This document shows, piece after piece, positions 20,571 through 32,657 of a stretch of 64,000 nucleotides of DNA. A program made the translations under genes and the position numbers. Origin of the DNA: an uncultured Chroococcidiopsis sp. (GTDB lineage Bacteria > Cyanobacteriota > Cyanobacteriia > Cyanobacteriales > Chroococcidiopsidaceae); the NCBI GenBank assembly GCA_964248365.1, contig CAXTYC010000023.1, forward strand, positions 17,386 through 81,385. Direction: 5' to 3'. Position 1 is the first letter of the stretch. Each line of letters opens with the position of its first letter. A model generated the notes under the pieces. It ran no database searches. It saw only the letters and a program-made list of their open reading frames with translations, and was not told the DNA's origin.

Positions 20571-21863
20571 ATGGTCATGAAAAAGCGTGGAATCTTGTTA
20601 GGTGCAACAGCGGTGATGCTATCAACAGCTGCCGTTACCAATCTTAGTGTTCACTCACAAAGTCAAGCTTTCTTTCGTGAAAGCCCGAAAGAATTAGTAG
20701 ATGAAGTCTGGCAGATTATTGACCGCCAGTATGTGGATGGCACTTTTAACAAGGTAAATTGGCAGAGTGTACGTAAGGATTATCTGAGCCGTTCTTACAC
20801 TAACAACGAGGATGCTTACAAAGCTATCCGGCAAATGTTGGAGAAACTGAAAGATCCTTACACTCGCTTTATGAACCCAGAAGAGTTCAAGAGTATGCAA
20901 GTGGACACTTCTGGAGAACTCATTGGCATTGGCATCCAGATTGGTGCGGATGATAAAACTAAGCAGCTGACTGTAATTTCGCCAATTGAAGATACACCCG
21001 CCTTTGCTGCTGGTCTTCTCGCCAAAGACGTTATTACCAAGATTGATGGTAAAAGCACTAAGGGGATGGATGTCAACCAAGCAGTATCTCTGATTCGGGG
21101 ACAGCCAGGAACGAGTGTAAGGCTGACAGTACTGCGGAACGGTCAGCCGAAGGAATTTCAGATTAAACGAGCAAGGATCGAAATTCATCCAGTAAAATAC
21201 AGCTATCAAAATAGTCCCATAGGCGGCGTGGGTTACATTCGCTTGAATCAATTTAGTGCGAATGCTGCTGCGGAAATGCGTAATGCAATTAGAGATTTAG
21301 AAAAAAAACAAGTGGCTGGGTATATTTTGGATTTACGTAATAATCCAGGCGGCTTGCTTTTATCAGGTGTGGAAATTGCCCAGATGTGGCTCAATGACGG
21401 TACGATTGTTTCAACAGTTAATCGTCAGGGGAAACAAGACATTGAAAAGTCCGATCACCGCGCTTTAACGAATAAGCCCTTGGTAGTGCTGGTAAATGAT
21501 GGCTCAGCTAGTGCAAGTGAAATTCTCTCTGGTGCATTACAGGATAACAAACGTGCTGTTTTAGTAGGGGAAAAGACGTTTGGTAAGGGCTTGGTGCAAT
21601 CGGTACGAAGTTTGGGAGATGGTTCGGGGTTAGCAGTGACGATCGCTAAGTACTATACTCCTAGTGGTCGTGATATTAACCATGCAGGGATTGCTCCCAA
21701 TGTAGAGCTAAAACTGACAACACAGCAGAAACAAGCGTTGTTCCTACGCAATCGTGATAAAGTTGGTACACCAGCAGATCCCCAGTACGCTAAAGCACTA
21801 GAAACCTTACAAAAGCAAATCGCCTCCAAAAGTAGCCCTCAAGCCCAGTCGCTACCAAGGTAG
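20571..21863 (+). CDS. S41 carboxyl-terminal processing protease
   Basis: DPYTRF, PDZ domain, DLRNNPGG, SASASEI, TFGKG; Ctp paralogue not assigned. Confidence 0.93.
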   Translation: MVMKKRGILLGATAVMLSTAAVTNLSVHSQSQAFFRESPKELVDEVWQIIDRQYVDGTFNKVNWQSVRKDYLSRSYTNNEDAYKAIRQMLEKLKDPYTRFMNPEEFKSMQVDTSGELIGIGIQIGADDKTKQLTVISPIEDTPAFAAGLLAKDVITKIDGKSTKGMDVNQAVSLIRGQPGTSVRLTVLRNGQPKEFQIKRARIEIHPVKYSYQNSPIGGVGYIRLNQFSANAAAEMRNAIRDLEKKQVAGYILDLRNNPGGLLLSGVEIAQMWLNDGTIVSTVNRQGKQDIEKSDHRALTNKPLVVLVNDGSASASEILSGALQDNKRAVLVGEKTFGKGLVQSVRSLGDGSGLAVTIAKYYTPSGRDINHAGIAPNVELKLTTQQKQALFLRNRDKVGTPADPQYAKALETLQKQIASKSSPQAQSLPR

Positions 21864-21998
21864 GGACTAGGGACTAGGGGCTAGGGGCTAGGAAAACAGA
21901 GATGGGGGAGATGGGGGAGCTGGGGGAGAATTCCTAATCCAAAATCCACGCATCCAAAATCCAAAATTCCCCAGCCTCTAGCCCCTAGCCCCTAGCTA

Positions 21999-22184
21999 CT
22001 AAATGGGTTGGCATTTACCTGCTCGGATTAAGCCAATGCGCCGAGCAAAAGCTTCATCTTGAGAAGTAAATGGTCCCCAGCGTTCTTGAATGGTTGAATT
22101 CTCCAGGGTTATTTGATTGCTGGAGATAATATCACAATGCCCATCTGTACGCTTGACAACGTACCAAGTTTGTGTATTTGTCAT
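21999..22184 (-). CDS. Small conserved cyanobacterial protein
   Basis: WYVVK..G.C.I ... WGPF.S..EA.ARRIGLIRAGKC.P. Confidence 0.75.
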   Translation of the reverse strand: MTNTQTWYVVKRTDGHCDIISSNQITLENSTIQERWGPFTSQDEAFARRIGLIRAGKCQPI

Positions 22185-22214
22185 TGGATAGATGATAGTT
22201 AGCCGATTTAAATT

Positions 22215-22275
22215 GGGGCGAGTTTTACAGATATAACTGTGAGATCACCCATATGGTGGTTTTCCTCGCCCCTAC
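22215..22275. repeat. REP/SDR-like element GGGGCG...CGCCCCTAC
   Basis: Inverted ends about 60 bp apart; sister copies at 30110-30173 and 37384-37444. Confidence 0.7.
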
Positions 22276-22329
22276 TGTGTTGCCTTACCAATAACTAGGG
22301 AAATTTTGCTCCTAATACATGATGAATCT

Positions 22330-24399
22330 TTAATGATGACCGTTGCCGTTGCCATTACTGCCCATTGTCTTCACTCGCTCTGCCAGTTTGTCAGGCACTT
22401 CTTGCAGATGGTGATATTGCCATTGGAAAGAACCAACTCCCAGGGTAAGCGAGCGCAGCTCTACAATAAAGCTTTGCATCTCGGCTTGGGGTAAATAAGC
22501 TGTGAGTTTGTCCCAACCAGACCAGTCATCTCTACCCTCATAGCCCAAGATTTGCCCCCGTCGTCCACTCACCAGTTGCATCACCTTAGAAGTAAATTCG
22601 CTGGGTGTTGCAACTTCAATAGCGGCGATTGGTTCTAACAATGTGGGTTCACATTGATTCATCCCCGTTTGCATAGCAATTCGAGCCGCCTGCTTAAATG
22701 CTTGCTCGGAACTATCTACCGTGTGGTATGAACCATTTGTCAAAGTTACCGCCACATCCACAACTGGAAAACCCAAAGGACCATGTGCTAGAGACTCCCT
22801 GACACCCATTTCCACACCAGGGATATACTGTCTGGGCACTGCACCACCTACAATCGTTTCTCCGAAGTTAAAGCCTGATCCACGAGGAAGCGGCTTAATT
22901 TCCAGGTAAACATCCCCAAACTGTCCGTGTCCTCCAGATTGATGCTTGTAACGCCCGTGAACCGATGCGGCAGGTTTGCGAATAGTTTCTTTGTAAGGTA
23001 CTTGTGGCAGGTGAGTCGTCATCGGCAAGTTATATTTCCGCCGTAGTCGGTCTAAGGCGACTTGCAGATGTATCTCCCCTTGACCCCAAAGGATAACTTC
23101 GTGGGTGTCGCCGTGTTGCTCCCAATGTAGGGATGGATCTTCTTCTAAGAGCTTGGTTAGCGCTCCACTTAGCTTAACTTCGTCGTTACGCTTTTGGGGA
23201 GCGATCGCCAAGGCATAAACTGGCATCAATTGCTCAGCCTTGGGTAATTCTGTCTTTAATTGCCCATTTGACGAGAGCGTATCACCTGTTTTGATGCCCT
23301 CTAAGCGGCTCAAAGCAATAATTTCACCAGTTTGGGCTTCATTTATTGGTAACTGCTGCTGCCCCATTAAGCGATAAATACCGCCAGTGCGTACGCCGTT
23401 GAGGATAGCTCCGTCGGTTAACTTACCTTGCCAAACTCGTACCAGGGAGATTTTCCCACCTTGAGGAGTGTAATAAGTTTTCAGCACTTGCCCTAAAGGT
23501 GCATCAGGATGGAGAACAATTCCCCGCCGCTGTGCCGTAGTTTCTGGTTCAGGAGCTTCTCGCAGTAGCGCTTCTAAAAGTGGTCGCACTCCAAAATCTT
23601 GTTCTGCTACACCACAGAAGACAGGAACAACCAAATCTGCTCCCAATTCGAGTTTCAAATCTTGCAGGATTTCTTCTTGGGGTGGATTAATTTCTTCTAA
23701 AAGTTCTTCCAATAAGTGATCGTCAAAGTTGGCTAATTCTTCCAGCATTTCTGCTCGTGCGGCTTGCTCTTGTTCCTTTAGGGTGTCTGGGAACCCAATC
23801 GGATCGGCTGGAGCGCCTGGGTGATATTGATAAGCTTGTTCACTCACTAGGTCAATATAACCAGTCAGCTGTTCATCCTGAATAATTGGATATTGGTGCG
23901 GTACTAGAGGACGACTAGAAACAGACTTGAGGGCGTGCAACATTTCGATAAAGTTGTTGCTTACCCGATCCATTTTGTTGATAAATACTAGGTGGGGAAT
24001 TTCCCAGTCATCGAGGAATTTAAATAGGGGTGCGAGGGTGAGAACTCGTTGGCGAAGTACGCCATCCGAGGCATCGTTAACTGGTTCGCAGACGACAACC
24101 GCTGCATCTACACCCATTAAAGCGTTATAAGTTTCTTGGGCGAATTCGACTGAGCCTGGGCAGTCGATAAATGTGAAGCGCACACTATCATACTGGGTGC
24201 TAGCTGCGCTCACTTCTACACTCATATGGCGATCGCGCGCTTCTGTTGCACTGTCTCCTACGGTATTGCCGTCTTTGACACTACCTTTGCGAGAAATCGC
24301 CCCTGTGACGTACAACAAACTTTCGAGTAACGTTGTTTTGCCACTTAAATAGGGACCTACAATGGCAACATTGCGCGCGCTTCTCACTTTTTCGTTCAT
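22330..24399 (-). CDS. Elongation factor G-like GTPase (EF-G paralogue)
   Basis: GPYLSGKTT, DCPG, NKMD, GQGEIHL, YKHQSGGHGQFG, DSSEQAF. Confidence 0.92.
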   Translation of the reverse strand: MNEKVRSARNVAIVGPYLSGKTTLLESLLYVTGAISRKGSVKDGNTVGDSATEARDRHMSVEVSAASTQYDSVRFTFIDCPGSVEFAQETYNALMGVDAAVVVCEPVNDASDGVLRQRVLTLAPLFKFLDDWEIPHLVFINKMDRVSNNFIEMLHALKSVSSRPLVPHQYPIIQDEQLTGYIDLVSEQAYQYHPGAPADPIGFPDTLKEQEQAARAEMLEELANFDDHLLEELLEEINPPQEEILQDLKLELGADLVVPVFCGVAEQDFGVRPLLEALLREAPEPETTAQRRGIVLHPDAPLGQVLKTYYTPQGGKISLVRVWQGKLTDGAILNGVRTGGIYRLMGQQQLPINEAQTGEIIALSRLEGIKTGDTLSSNGQLKTELPKAEQLMPVYALAIAPQKRNDEVKLSGALTKLLEEDPSLHWEQHGDTHEVILWGQGEIHLQVALDRLRRKYNLPMTTHLPQVPYKETIRKPAASVHGRYKHQSGGHGQFGDVYLEIKPLPRGSGFNFGETIVGGAVPRQYIPGVEMGVRESLAHGPLGFPVVDVAVTLTNGSYHTVDSSEQAFKQAARIAMQTGMNQCEPTLLEPIAAIEVATPSEFTSKVMQLVSGRRGQILGYEGRDDWSGWDKLTAYLPQAEMQSFIVELRSLTLGVGSFQWQYHHLQEVPDKLAERVKTMGSNGNGNGHH

Positions 24400-24993
24400 A
24401 TAACCTCCTAGGCGGTTTTCCTTTGCCGGACCCGCATCTTTGTGAGTTGACGATGGATAATGTTGTAGAGAATTATCTCGTCTTTAATCTGACCTTATCT
24501 TGTATTTAATCCTATTAATAAAAATCGTAGTGTCTTGTAAGATTTAAATTAATTAGTATTAATTCAAATAAATTTTTGTACAAATATTTTTAGTTTTATA
24601 AAGAGAAGGAACGTTAATCCCTTATCGTCCACCAATTGCATACTGTGGTTGGCGATGGAAGCTAATTGCCAGGTGAAGCACGATCAATGCTTTCACTTTC
24701 TTAAGAAATTATATAGTTTTTTTTGTTTCTCGCAATAGACTTGGACACTGCACAGGAAGGGTTTCCCGACAGGAGGCAAAGTGTCCGCGTATACTGCACT
24801 CGCTCCAAGCCGCAGGCTAGACGCGATCGTTCGGACGCAAAAAGTCTCGCGCAGATCTCCTTATGCAATACGTCTAGTGTCTAGGTTAAAGCAACAATTT
24901 TGAGCTTTAATGGTAGCTGATGAGCTTTGAGATTCAAGTATTCTTTTAATTAAAAGCTAATAGCTAGTAGCTTTAAAGAAAAAGGTTTTATTT

Positions 24994-25033
24994 TAAAAGG
25001 GGAAGCAGGTAAGTTCCCTTGCTTCCCCTTTTA
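24994..25033 (-). terminator. Intrinsic terminator hairpin after the 25053-26045 gene
   Basis: TAAAAGGGGAAGCA ... TGCTTCCCCTTTTA stem. Confidence 0.65.
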
Positions 25034-25052
25034 GAACTGTTCAATTCGTCGA

Positions 25053-26045
25053 TTAGTCTTTTTTGGCGGGGGGTTCTTTTTCCCGCAACAGTTCGGCTGC
25101 GGTTCGCAGTAAATCGCTTAAGATATTGCGAAGTTGTCGCTCTTTCTTGCCTAGAGCTTCCCCAGCTTCTCGTAGCCTTTCTTCTAATTGTAGTTGCGAT
25201 CGCTTTTGTTCAGCTTGATCAACTTCTGTTTCAGCTTTGGTACGAGTTCGGTTATACCAGTTTTTTGCTTCCTCTAGATTTTCCTTAATTTCCTCATATC
25301 GTCCTCCATATCTTGCAGCCAAGTTAGCTCTTAGAATTGCTGCTTGTGCTTGCAGTTGGGCATAGCGTTTTTTGAGTAAAGCAAACTCTTCGCTGTTTTT
25401 GAAGTTATTGATCGCAGATGCAATTGATTCTTTGATATTTGGGGAAGATTCTTTACCCGCCTCTTCCACATCAATTAGCAATCTGTCAATTTCTTTTTGC
25501 AGTTCCTCTTCTTCATTGTCTATTTGTGCCTGTAGCTGCTTAACTTCTGCCTGATTTTTGGCAATAGCTTGCCGTCTTATGCTACTAAAGCCTTCGATCA
25601 CACCCTCAATCGCAGCTGTAATTTCTTCTTTGATTTCGCTACCTTTTTCTTGCAAACTTTCACTTACCGCACCTACAGTATCTTTAACAATTGTGCGAAT
25701 GTCGTTGGAGCCTGCTTTTAATTCTGTAGCTACTTGGGATTTTGTTTGAGATATGGCACTTTGCACAATCTCTCTGATGCGTTCAGATCTTAGCTGCCCT
25801 GCTGTTTTAGCTTGCTGTAGCTCTGATTTGATTTGTTCCCTAATTTGCTCTACAAAGAGTTGATCCTTTGAGCTTGCGGACACAACAGGTCGCCCAGCAA
25901 AGTCCTCAAAATTTTCGTAGTCTTTTGGATCGATGCTGGAGTCATCCTGGTAGGGGCTGGAGGTTTGATCATGATTGATTAATCCTGGCTTACCCTCAGC
26001 CAATTTCTCCATGATTTTTTGTTTTTCTTCGTTACTCAGAGTCAT
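25053..26045 (-). CDS. Coiled-coil hypothetical protein
   Basis: Long helical E/K/Q/A-rich ORF; AGGAGA upstream. Confidence 0.75.
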   Translation of the reverse strand: MTLSNEEKQKIMEKLAEGKPGLINHDQTSSPYQDDSSIDPKDYENFEDFAGRPVVSASSKDQLFVEQIREQIKSELQQAKTAGQLRSERIREIVQSAISQTKSQVATELKAGSNDIRTIVKDTVGAVSESLQEKGSEIKEEITAAIEGVIEGFSSIRRQAIAKNQAEVKQLQAQIDNEEEELQKEIDRLLIDVEEAGKESSPNIKESIASAINNFKNSEEFALLKKRYAQLQAQAAILRANLAARYGGRYEEIKENLEEAKNWYNRTRTKAETEVDQAEQKRSQLQLEERLREAGEALGKKERQLRNILSDLLRTAAELLREKEPPAKKD

Positions 26046-26638
26046 GTTACCTTTCTCCTGATTCTAAGTAAAATTGTTAAACGCTAGAAGGAATTGATAT
26101 TTGAGCCTGTAGATTATTGTGAATTAATTACCCGTTTGACTAATAACTATTTTTTGAATATTTTTACTAATTTTTAGGGTAAGTTTACATCTCTATATAA
26201 AAAGTTTACATACTAAATTAATTCAACCACCTCTGTCTGACGACTGAGGTTTAGTTGAGAGAAGATAGCGGTAACTGGGTCAAGTGAATTGGGTGATTTC
26301 TTACGGTAGCTTGAGACAAAATTCAAAAAGGGGTGGGGTTTGTGCTACCTGCTAGAGGGAATTAGAGTCAGGTATGGCATAAAAAGTAGTATTGCCTTCT
26401 TCGATAGTGAAGTGTTAGCTATATAAACTTAGAAACTGAATTGGACGACTTGGAGGCGGATAAAAATCACCTAGCTAACCTTTGTATGACCAGACAGCGC
26501 AACACCAGAGGAGAGATACCGATTGAATAAAGGGGAAGGGGCGCTTAAACTGACGGATTAGAACCGTTGACCATCATAATATCAACAGGGATAATTTCAG
26601 CTTGCCAAGAATTGTAAAAGAGGAGGCATTAAGCGTCA

Positions 26639-26881
26639 ATGCGTTGTACTATTTCAAGTCGTGCTGGTCAAGTCTTAGCTAATGGCTATTTGTTCATCCA
26701 AAAAGATGAGAATGGTGAACTACGCTTAAACTTGCGTACAGATAGAGGTAAGTTAATTCAAGGTGGAATTATTGACACTGATGGAGATTTAACCGCAGCC
26801 AGTCAAGTATTATTCCGTGCCTTGTATGAAACTTGGGGAATGAGCGATATTACCCTCAGTGCGATCGCCTCTTATAAGTGA
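26639..26881 (+). CDS. Hypothetical protein (80 aa)
   Basis: ATG with GAGGAGG upstream; protein-like composition. Confidence 0.65.
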   Translation: MRCTISSRAGQVLANGYLFIQKDENGELRLNLRTDRGKLIQGGIIDTDGDLTAASQVLFRALYETWGMSDITLSAIASYK

Positions 26882-27077
26882 GTATAGCTTGGGGTTTTAA
26901 CCCCAGTGGTAGGCTGTTCTGCGGCTTAGTATATTCTTTGCCTCAGATCTTAATAAGATACCTCAAGCACCTAACGCCACGTACTCGTAGTAAGTGGCTA
27001 GTAAGGTAATAATTGGCGCATTTTTGCAATCCCCTAGATCCTCTCGCTTCCTCTAGCTATAGCGCCTCTAGCTCTCG

Positions 27078-27788
27078 CTAATCGTGAATCGTGCCATCGG
27101 GCATAATTGCCCCAGTCAATTTTGCTCCGGTGAGTTTAACCATGATCCGGTTTTGCGATCCTACCTTGGCTCCCCTTAAATCAGCTCCGCTTAAATCGGC
27201 TCCACTTAAATCAGCACCAATTAAGTTTGTTTCCTGCAAATTAGCCCCACTGAGATTTGATTGCAGCAGGTTAGCTCTAAATAGATTTGCTCGATACAGA
27301 TTCGCGCCTTGTAGATTGACCTTATGTAGAAATGCATCACTCAGGTCAGCGTTACTCAAGTTAGCACTGCTGAGGTTTCTGCCTGACAAGTCTTTTTCTT
27401 TTAGGTGCGCTCCTCTGAGATCGGCTCCACTCAAATCCGAATAGGGTTTTTTAGCTTGATGGTGAGATTGTTGAGAGCCAGAGCCAGAGGCAGAGTAATA
27501 GTTTGGTCGGGGTGGCTTTTCTTGATGGTGTGGGGGTGTTGATTTTGACTGGGCTGGCGTTGTGGTATGTTGCTTATGAACACGCGATTTTATTGACCGC
27601 AAGTGGTCACGAGCGTGATTTATTTCCTTGAGTTTTTCCTGAGCCTTCTGCTGGAGTCGTTGATTATCGGAAGGAATGCGATCGGGATGCCAAATAAAAG
27701 CCAAGTCCTTGTAAGCCTGGTTTATTTCCTCAAGGGAAGCTCCTGGCTCTAACCCAAGCGCTCTGTAGTAATGGTCAAGATTATGCAT
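27078..27788 (-). CDS. DnaJ-domain plus pentapeptide-repeat protein
   Basis: YY..LGL, WHPD J-domain; A(D/N)L repeats; ATG at 27788 preferred. Confidence 0.9.
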   Translation of the reverse strand: MHNLDHYYRALGLEPGASLEEINQAYKDLAFIWHPDRIPSDNQRLQQKAQEKLKEINHARDHLRSIKSRVHKQHTTTPAQSKSTPPHHQEKPPRPNYYSASGSGSQQSHHQAKKPYSDLSGADLRGAHLKEKDLSGRNLSSANLSNADLSDAFLHKVNLQGANLYRANLFRANLLQSNLSGANLQETNLIGADLSGADLSGADLRGAKVGSQNRIMVKLTGAKLTGAIMPDGTIHD

Positions 27789-28004
27789 CACTACTGATGT
27801 ACCGTTTTTAGCTTCATCATAGCGAAGTTTGTTACCCAATTATGTTAGTGGCTGCTTTTGGGCGTGGCGGATGCGCCTGGGAAGTAATGGGGGCGTTAAC
27901 AACAGTACTTAGGAGCGTTGGAAATTATATTCTTTTTGTGGTTCGCCATGTTGTTTTTGCAGTTAATTAAAAGCTAAAAGCTAAAAGCTAATAGCTAATA
28001 GCTT

Positions 28005-28652
28005 TTATGCCATTTGGTTTTCAATTGCCCAACGTGCTAGTTCTGTACGGTTATTAAGTCCAGTTTTACCTAACATATTAGAAACATGACTTTCTACCGT
28101 GCGCTGACTCACATTCAGTTCTTGAGCAATATCGCGGTTAGCCAAACCTCTTGCCACAAATTGCACTACTTTCAGTTCCGTTTGCGTCAGATGCACATCG
28201 AAAGGAACCTGAATTTTCGTCTCGTTTTCGCCGCCACCTCCTGTCTGTTGTCTTTGACGGTATGCCTGCTTTAGCGAAGCTTCCACTTGAGCCACTAATT
28301 CTTCTGGCTCAAATGGTTTAACCATATAAACATCTGCACCAATGTTAAGACCCTTAATTTTGTCCCCGCTTTGACCCTTGGCGGAAAGGAATAAAATTGG
28401 AATCCAACTAGTGCGTTCGTCTTGCCGAACTTGATTGACAAACGAATAGCCGTCCATTTCCGGCATCATCACGTCGCAGATGATCATGTCTGGAATTTCC
28501 TGCTCTAAGACTTCTAGAGCTTCCCGTCCATTTTCAGCCGTGATGACTTCATAGCCTCGGAATTCTAAGTAATCCTTGACGAGCAAAATGAGGTTAGGGT
28601 CATCATCAATCAACAGCAGTCGTTTATGCTCTTTTACGCTGGTTTCTTTCAT
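28005..28652 (-). CDS. rre1: NarL/LuxR response regulator, Rre1/OrrA/Ycf29 type
   Basis: LLLIDDDPNLILLVKDYLEFRGY receiver; LT.TE..V ... VSQRTVESHVSNML HTH. Confidence 0.8.
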   Translation of the reverse strand: MKETSVKEHKRLLLIDDDPNLILLVKDYLEFRGYEVITAENGREALEVLEQEIPDMIICDVMMPEMDGYSFVNQVRQDERTSWIPILFLSAKGQSGDKIKGLNIGADVYMVKPFEPEELVAQVEASLKQAYRQRQQTGGGGENETKIQVPFDVHLTQTELKVVQFVARGLANRDIAQELNVSQRTVESHVSNMLGKTGLNNRTELARWAIENQMA

Positions 28653-29072
28653 GCTGTGCTATTCGTCACGCTTGAAACAGTCAATTCCAATAGTTTTTTC
28701 GGGGTTTTTTTTGTTTAATGGCATTCTACTGAATTTGTTGTTACTTCTTTCTAGTAGAGAAGCCATTCTTAATCTTCTGTAGAAGATGTTGAGTTGTTCC
28801 CTCCATACGGCAACCGCGTTTATTATCAGTCAAAGTACGGAGACCTTTAGTAAACCTTAGACAGTATAACTGAGGCGCTATCATTATATATTCATTTTTA
28901 AAGTATTGGGTTTAAAAACTGATACAATCACCTTAAAAATACCTAACTTTATACCCAAGAGGATGTAAAAGCTAACGCCAGCAATACCTATAGCTTTGGG
29001 TTGACAAACTTACCTGTGGGGTTGATACCTGCCATAGGTAATTAGACTGAAAAAATAGTATCGGATGAAGCC

Positions 29073-29546
29073 TTATTGTGCATTGCCAGAAGGAGCGATC
29101 GCACCAGGTGCAGGTTGGGGCAAAGGATGAATCAAGAATGCGTATGACTGCACGACTTGATTGCCGATTAGATGTTCTTGAATAATTCGCTCAATTACTT
29201 CAGGCGTTGCCATCCGATACCAAACGCCATCAGGATAAACAACTAAGATTGGTCCAGAGGAACAAACTCGCAAACAATTAGCTTTAGTGCGAAAAATGCA
29301 ACTGGGGCGATCGCTCGTTGGTTTGTCGAGTTTTAACTGTTTCAGGCGCTTTTTCAGATATTCCCAAGATTCTAGACTGGCTGCCGAGGAGCAGCATTGA
29401 GGTAGGGTTGGATCGGCACAAATAAATATATGTCGCTCAATTTGGGGTAATCCCAAAGCATGGACACAAGCGGACATTGCATCTGTATCTTTTGCCTGAC
29501 AAGTTTCAACTTCTTCCTTATTCGATTGGATTGTATCTTCCGTCAT
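29073..29546 (-). CDS. Thioredoxin-like [2Fe-2S] ferredoxin
   Basis: RHIFIC...CC ... [18 protein letters not shown]. Confidence 0.9.
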   Translation of the reverse strand: MTEDTIQSNKEEVETCQAKDTDAMSACVHALGLPQIERHIFICADPTLPQCCSSAASLESWEYLKKRLKQLKLDKPTSDRPSCIFRTKANCLRVCSSGPILVVYPDGVWYRMATPEVIERIIQEHLIGNQVVQSYAFLIHPLPQPAPGAIAPSGNAQ

Positions 29547-29650
29547 TGTTACTCTCTAATTTAACTGCCTAAAACTATTGTCACCCCTAGCTGTACCCTT
29601 GCACCCTCTGCATTTCCTAGCCCCTAGCCCCCAGCCCCAGTCCCTCATGA

Positions 29651-29666
29651 GTTCGGAAACCCGTAC
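29651..29666 (+). promoter_or_regulatory. K-box upstream of groESL
   Basis: GTTCGG-AAAC-CCGTAC fits GTTCGG-NNAN-CCNNAC. Confidence 0.8.
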
Positions 29667-29705
29667 AACCCCTTTTGTTGCGATCGCATCTGGCTAGAGG
29701 CTAAA

Positions 29706-29732
29706 TTAGCACTCAGGAGTCGAGAGTGCTAA
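29706..29732 (+). promoter_or_regulatory. CIRCE (HrcA operator)
   Basis: Exact TTAGCACTC-N9-GAGTGCTAA. Confidence 0.97.
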
Positions 29733-29750
29733 CAAGCGAGAAATTTTTGT

Positions 29751-30062
29751 ATGGCAGCAGTATCTCTAAGCGTATCTACAGTTAAACCTTTAGCCGATCG
29801 CGTTTTTGTAAAAGTCAGCGCCTCGGAAGAGAAAACCGCTGGTGGTCTTTATTTGCCAGACACCGCGAAAGAAAAGCCTCAAGTCGGTGAAGTAGTAGCT
29901 TTAGGACCTGGCAGACGCAACGATGATGGTTCTCGTCAGGAAATGGAAATCAAAGTCGGAGACAAAGTTCTCTATTCCAAATATGCTGGAACCGACATCA
30001 AACTAGGCACAGAAGAATACGTTCTGTTGTCGGAAAAAGACATTCTGGCAGTAGTTAGCTAA
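29751..30062 (+). CDS. groES: Co-chaperonin GroES
   Basis: [29 protein letters not shown]. Confidence 0.98.
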   Translation: MAAVSLSVSTVKPLADRVFVKVSASEEKTAGGLYLPDTAKEKPQVGEVVALGPGRRNDDGSRQEMEIKVGDKVLYSKYAGTDIKLGTEEYVLLSEKDILAVVS

Positions 30063-30109
30063 TGGGTAATGGGGAACGCGCAGTTACCAACTACCAACTA
30101 CCAACTACC

Positions 30110-30173
30110 GTACGGGCGGGTTTATCAGACATACTTGTGAACCTTCAAATAACTGGTTTAAAGTCGCCCCTAC
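30110..30173. repeat. REP-like element within a (CTACCAA)n STRR array
   Basis: GTACGGGCGGG...CGCCCCTAC flanked by CTACCAA heptamers. Confidence 0.7.
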
Positions 30174-30205
30174 CAAGTACCAACTACCAATTACCAAAAT
30201 CTTAG

Positions 30206-31852
<1,647 letters not shown>

Positions 31853-31889
31853 TTATGTGTATGGTGGGCAATGCCCACCCTACAATTAT

Positions 31890-31924
31890 CAGCTGCTTCC
31901 TTTGTGGGAGCGGCTGTTTTTTTT
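31890..31924 (+). terminator. groESL intrinsic terminator
   Basis: CAGCTGCTTCC-loop-GGGAGCGGCTG followed by T8. Confidence 0.8.
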
Positions 31925-32011
31925 ACGAACCGCCAACACGTGCGTGTAGCGCCAGCGTTTAGACGCAAAGAGCGCGAAGGAGGAAATTGCTAAGTGAAGA
32001 GGCAGGGTTTA

Positions 32012-32362
32012 TTAAGAATTAGTGAGAATTTTATTTGCTCTGTACCCACATACTGGGCAAGGACTCACCCAGCGATAACCTTTTGGCGTTGCGGGGTGAA
32101 TTCTGTTATCTGTAGGACAATATTTATGGTAAAGCCAGCACTCAAGTCCATAAGCTTCATGAACTGTATCGCAGTGAATAAAAATATAATAAGGGTATTC
32201 TCTATTCTTTATTCTTTTTCTTAAACTCCTATCAGATCTACCCACATAGAGAACAGGATTGTTCAGCGCTTTCAAAAAAAGATATACACCAGGTTTATCT
32301 GTAACATCAGTATGTTGCTCAAGTTGATTTAATTGCCTTACTTCAGAATATTTATATACCAC
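32012..32362 (-). CDS. Small GIY-YIG nuclease-like protein
   Basis: PGVYL...YVGRS...L.KRI, conserved Glu/Asn, C-terminal CPVCG. Confidence 0.65.
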   Translation of the reverse strand: MVYKYSEVRQLNQLEQHTDVTDKPGVYLFLKALNNPVLYVGRSDRSLRKRIKNREYPYYIFIHCDTVHEAYGLECWLYHKYCPTDNRIHPATPKGYRWVSPCPVCGYRANKILTNS

Positions 32363-32526
32363 TAAAATTTATCCATCTGCCTTATTCAATTAGTTAGTGT
32401 ATCTAAGCAATTAGATAATTTTTACTGTAATTCCACCTATTTATTCTTTCAGTTTCAACTTAATTGCGTTGTTGTACTGATACATACAAAAATAGATTTC
32501 ATTTTGACAAATGCGATCGCACCCAA

Positions 32527-32650
32527 TCAATAAGAACGGTTAATAAAGTCTTCTGGATCAATGCCAGCTTGCGTTAATATCGCACCTAATGTTCCTGGCA
32601 TATCACTAGTATGAAATCTCTCGATAACTAAATCCTGCTAACCTACCCAT
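32527..32650 (-). pseudogene. hicA: HicA toxin pseudogene (internal deletion)
   Basis: MGRLAGFSYREI joined out of frame to DMPGTLGAILTQAGIDPEDF; the central GSH segment is absent. Confidence 0.7.
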
Positions 32651-32657
32651 TAGTTAA

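Noticed and set aside
21999..22184. Transposase fragment
   Set aside because: No DDE motifs or IS ends; looks like a small conserved protein
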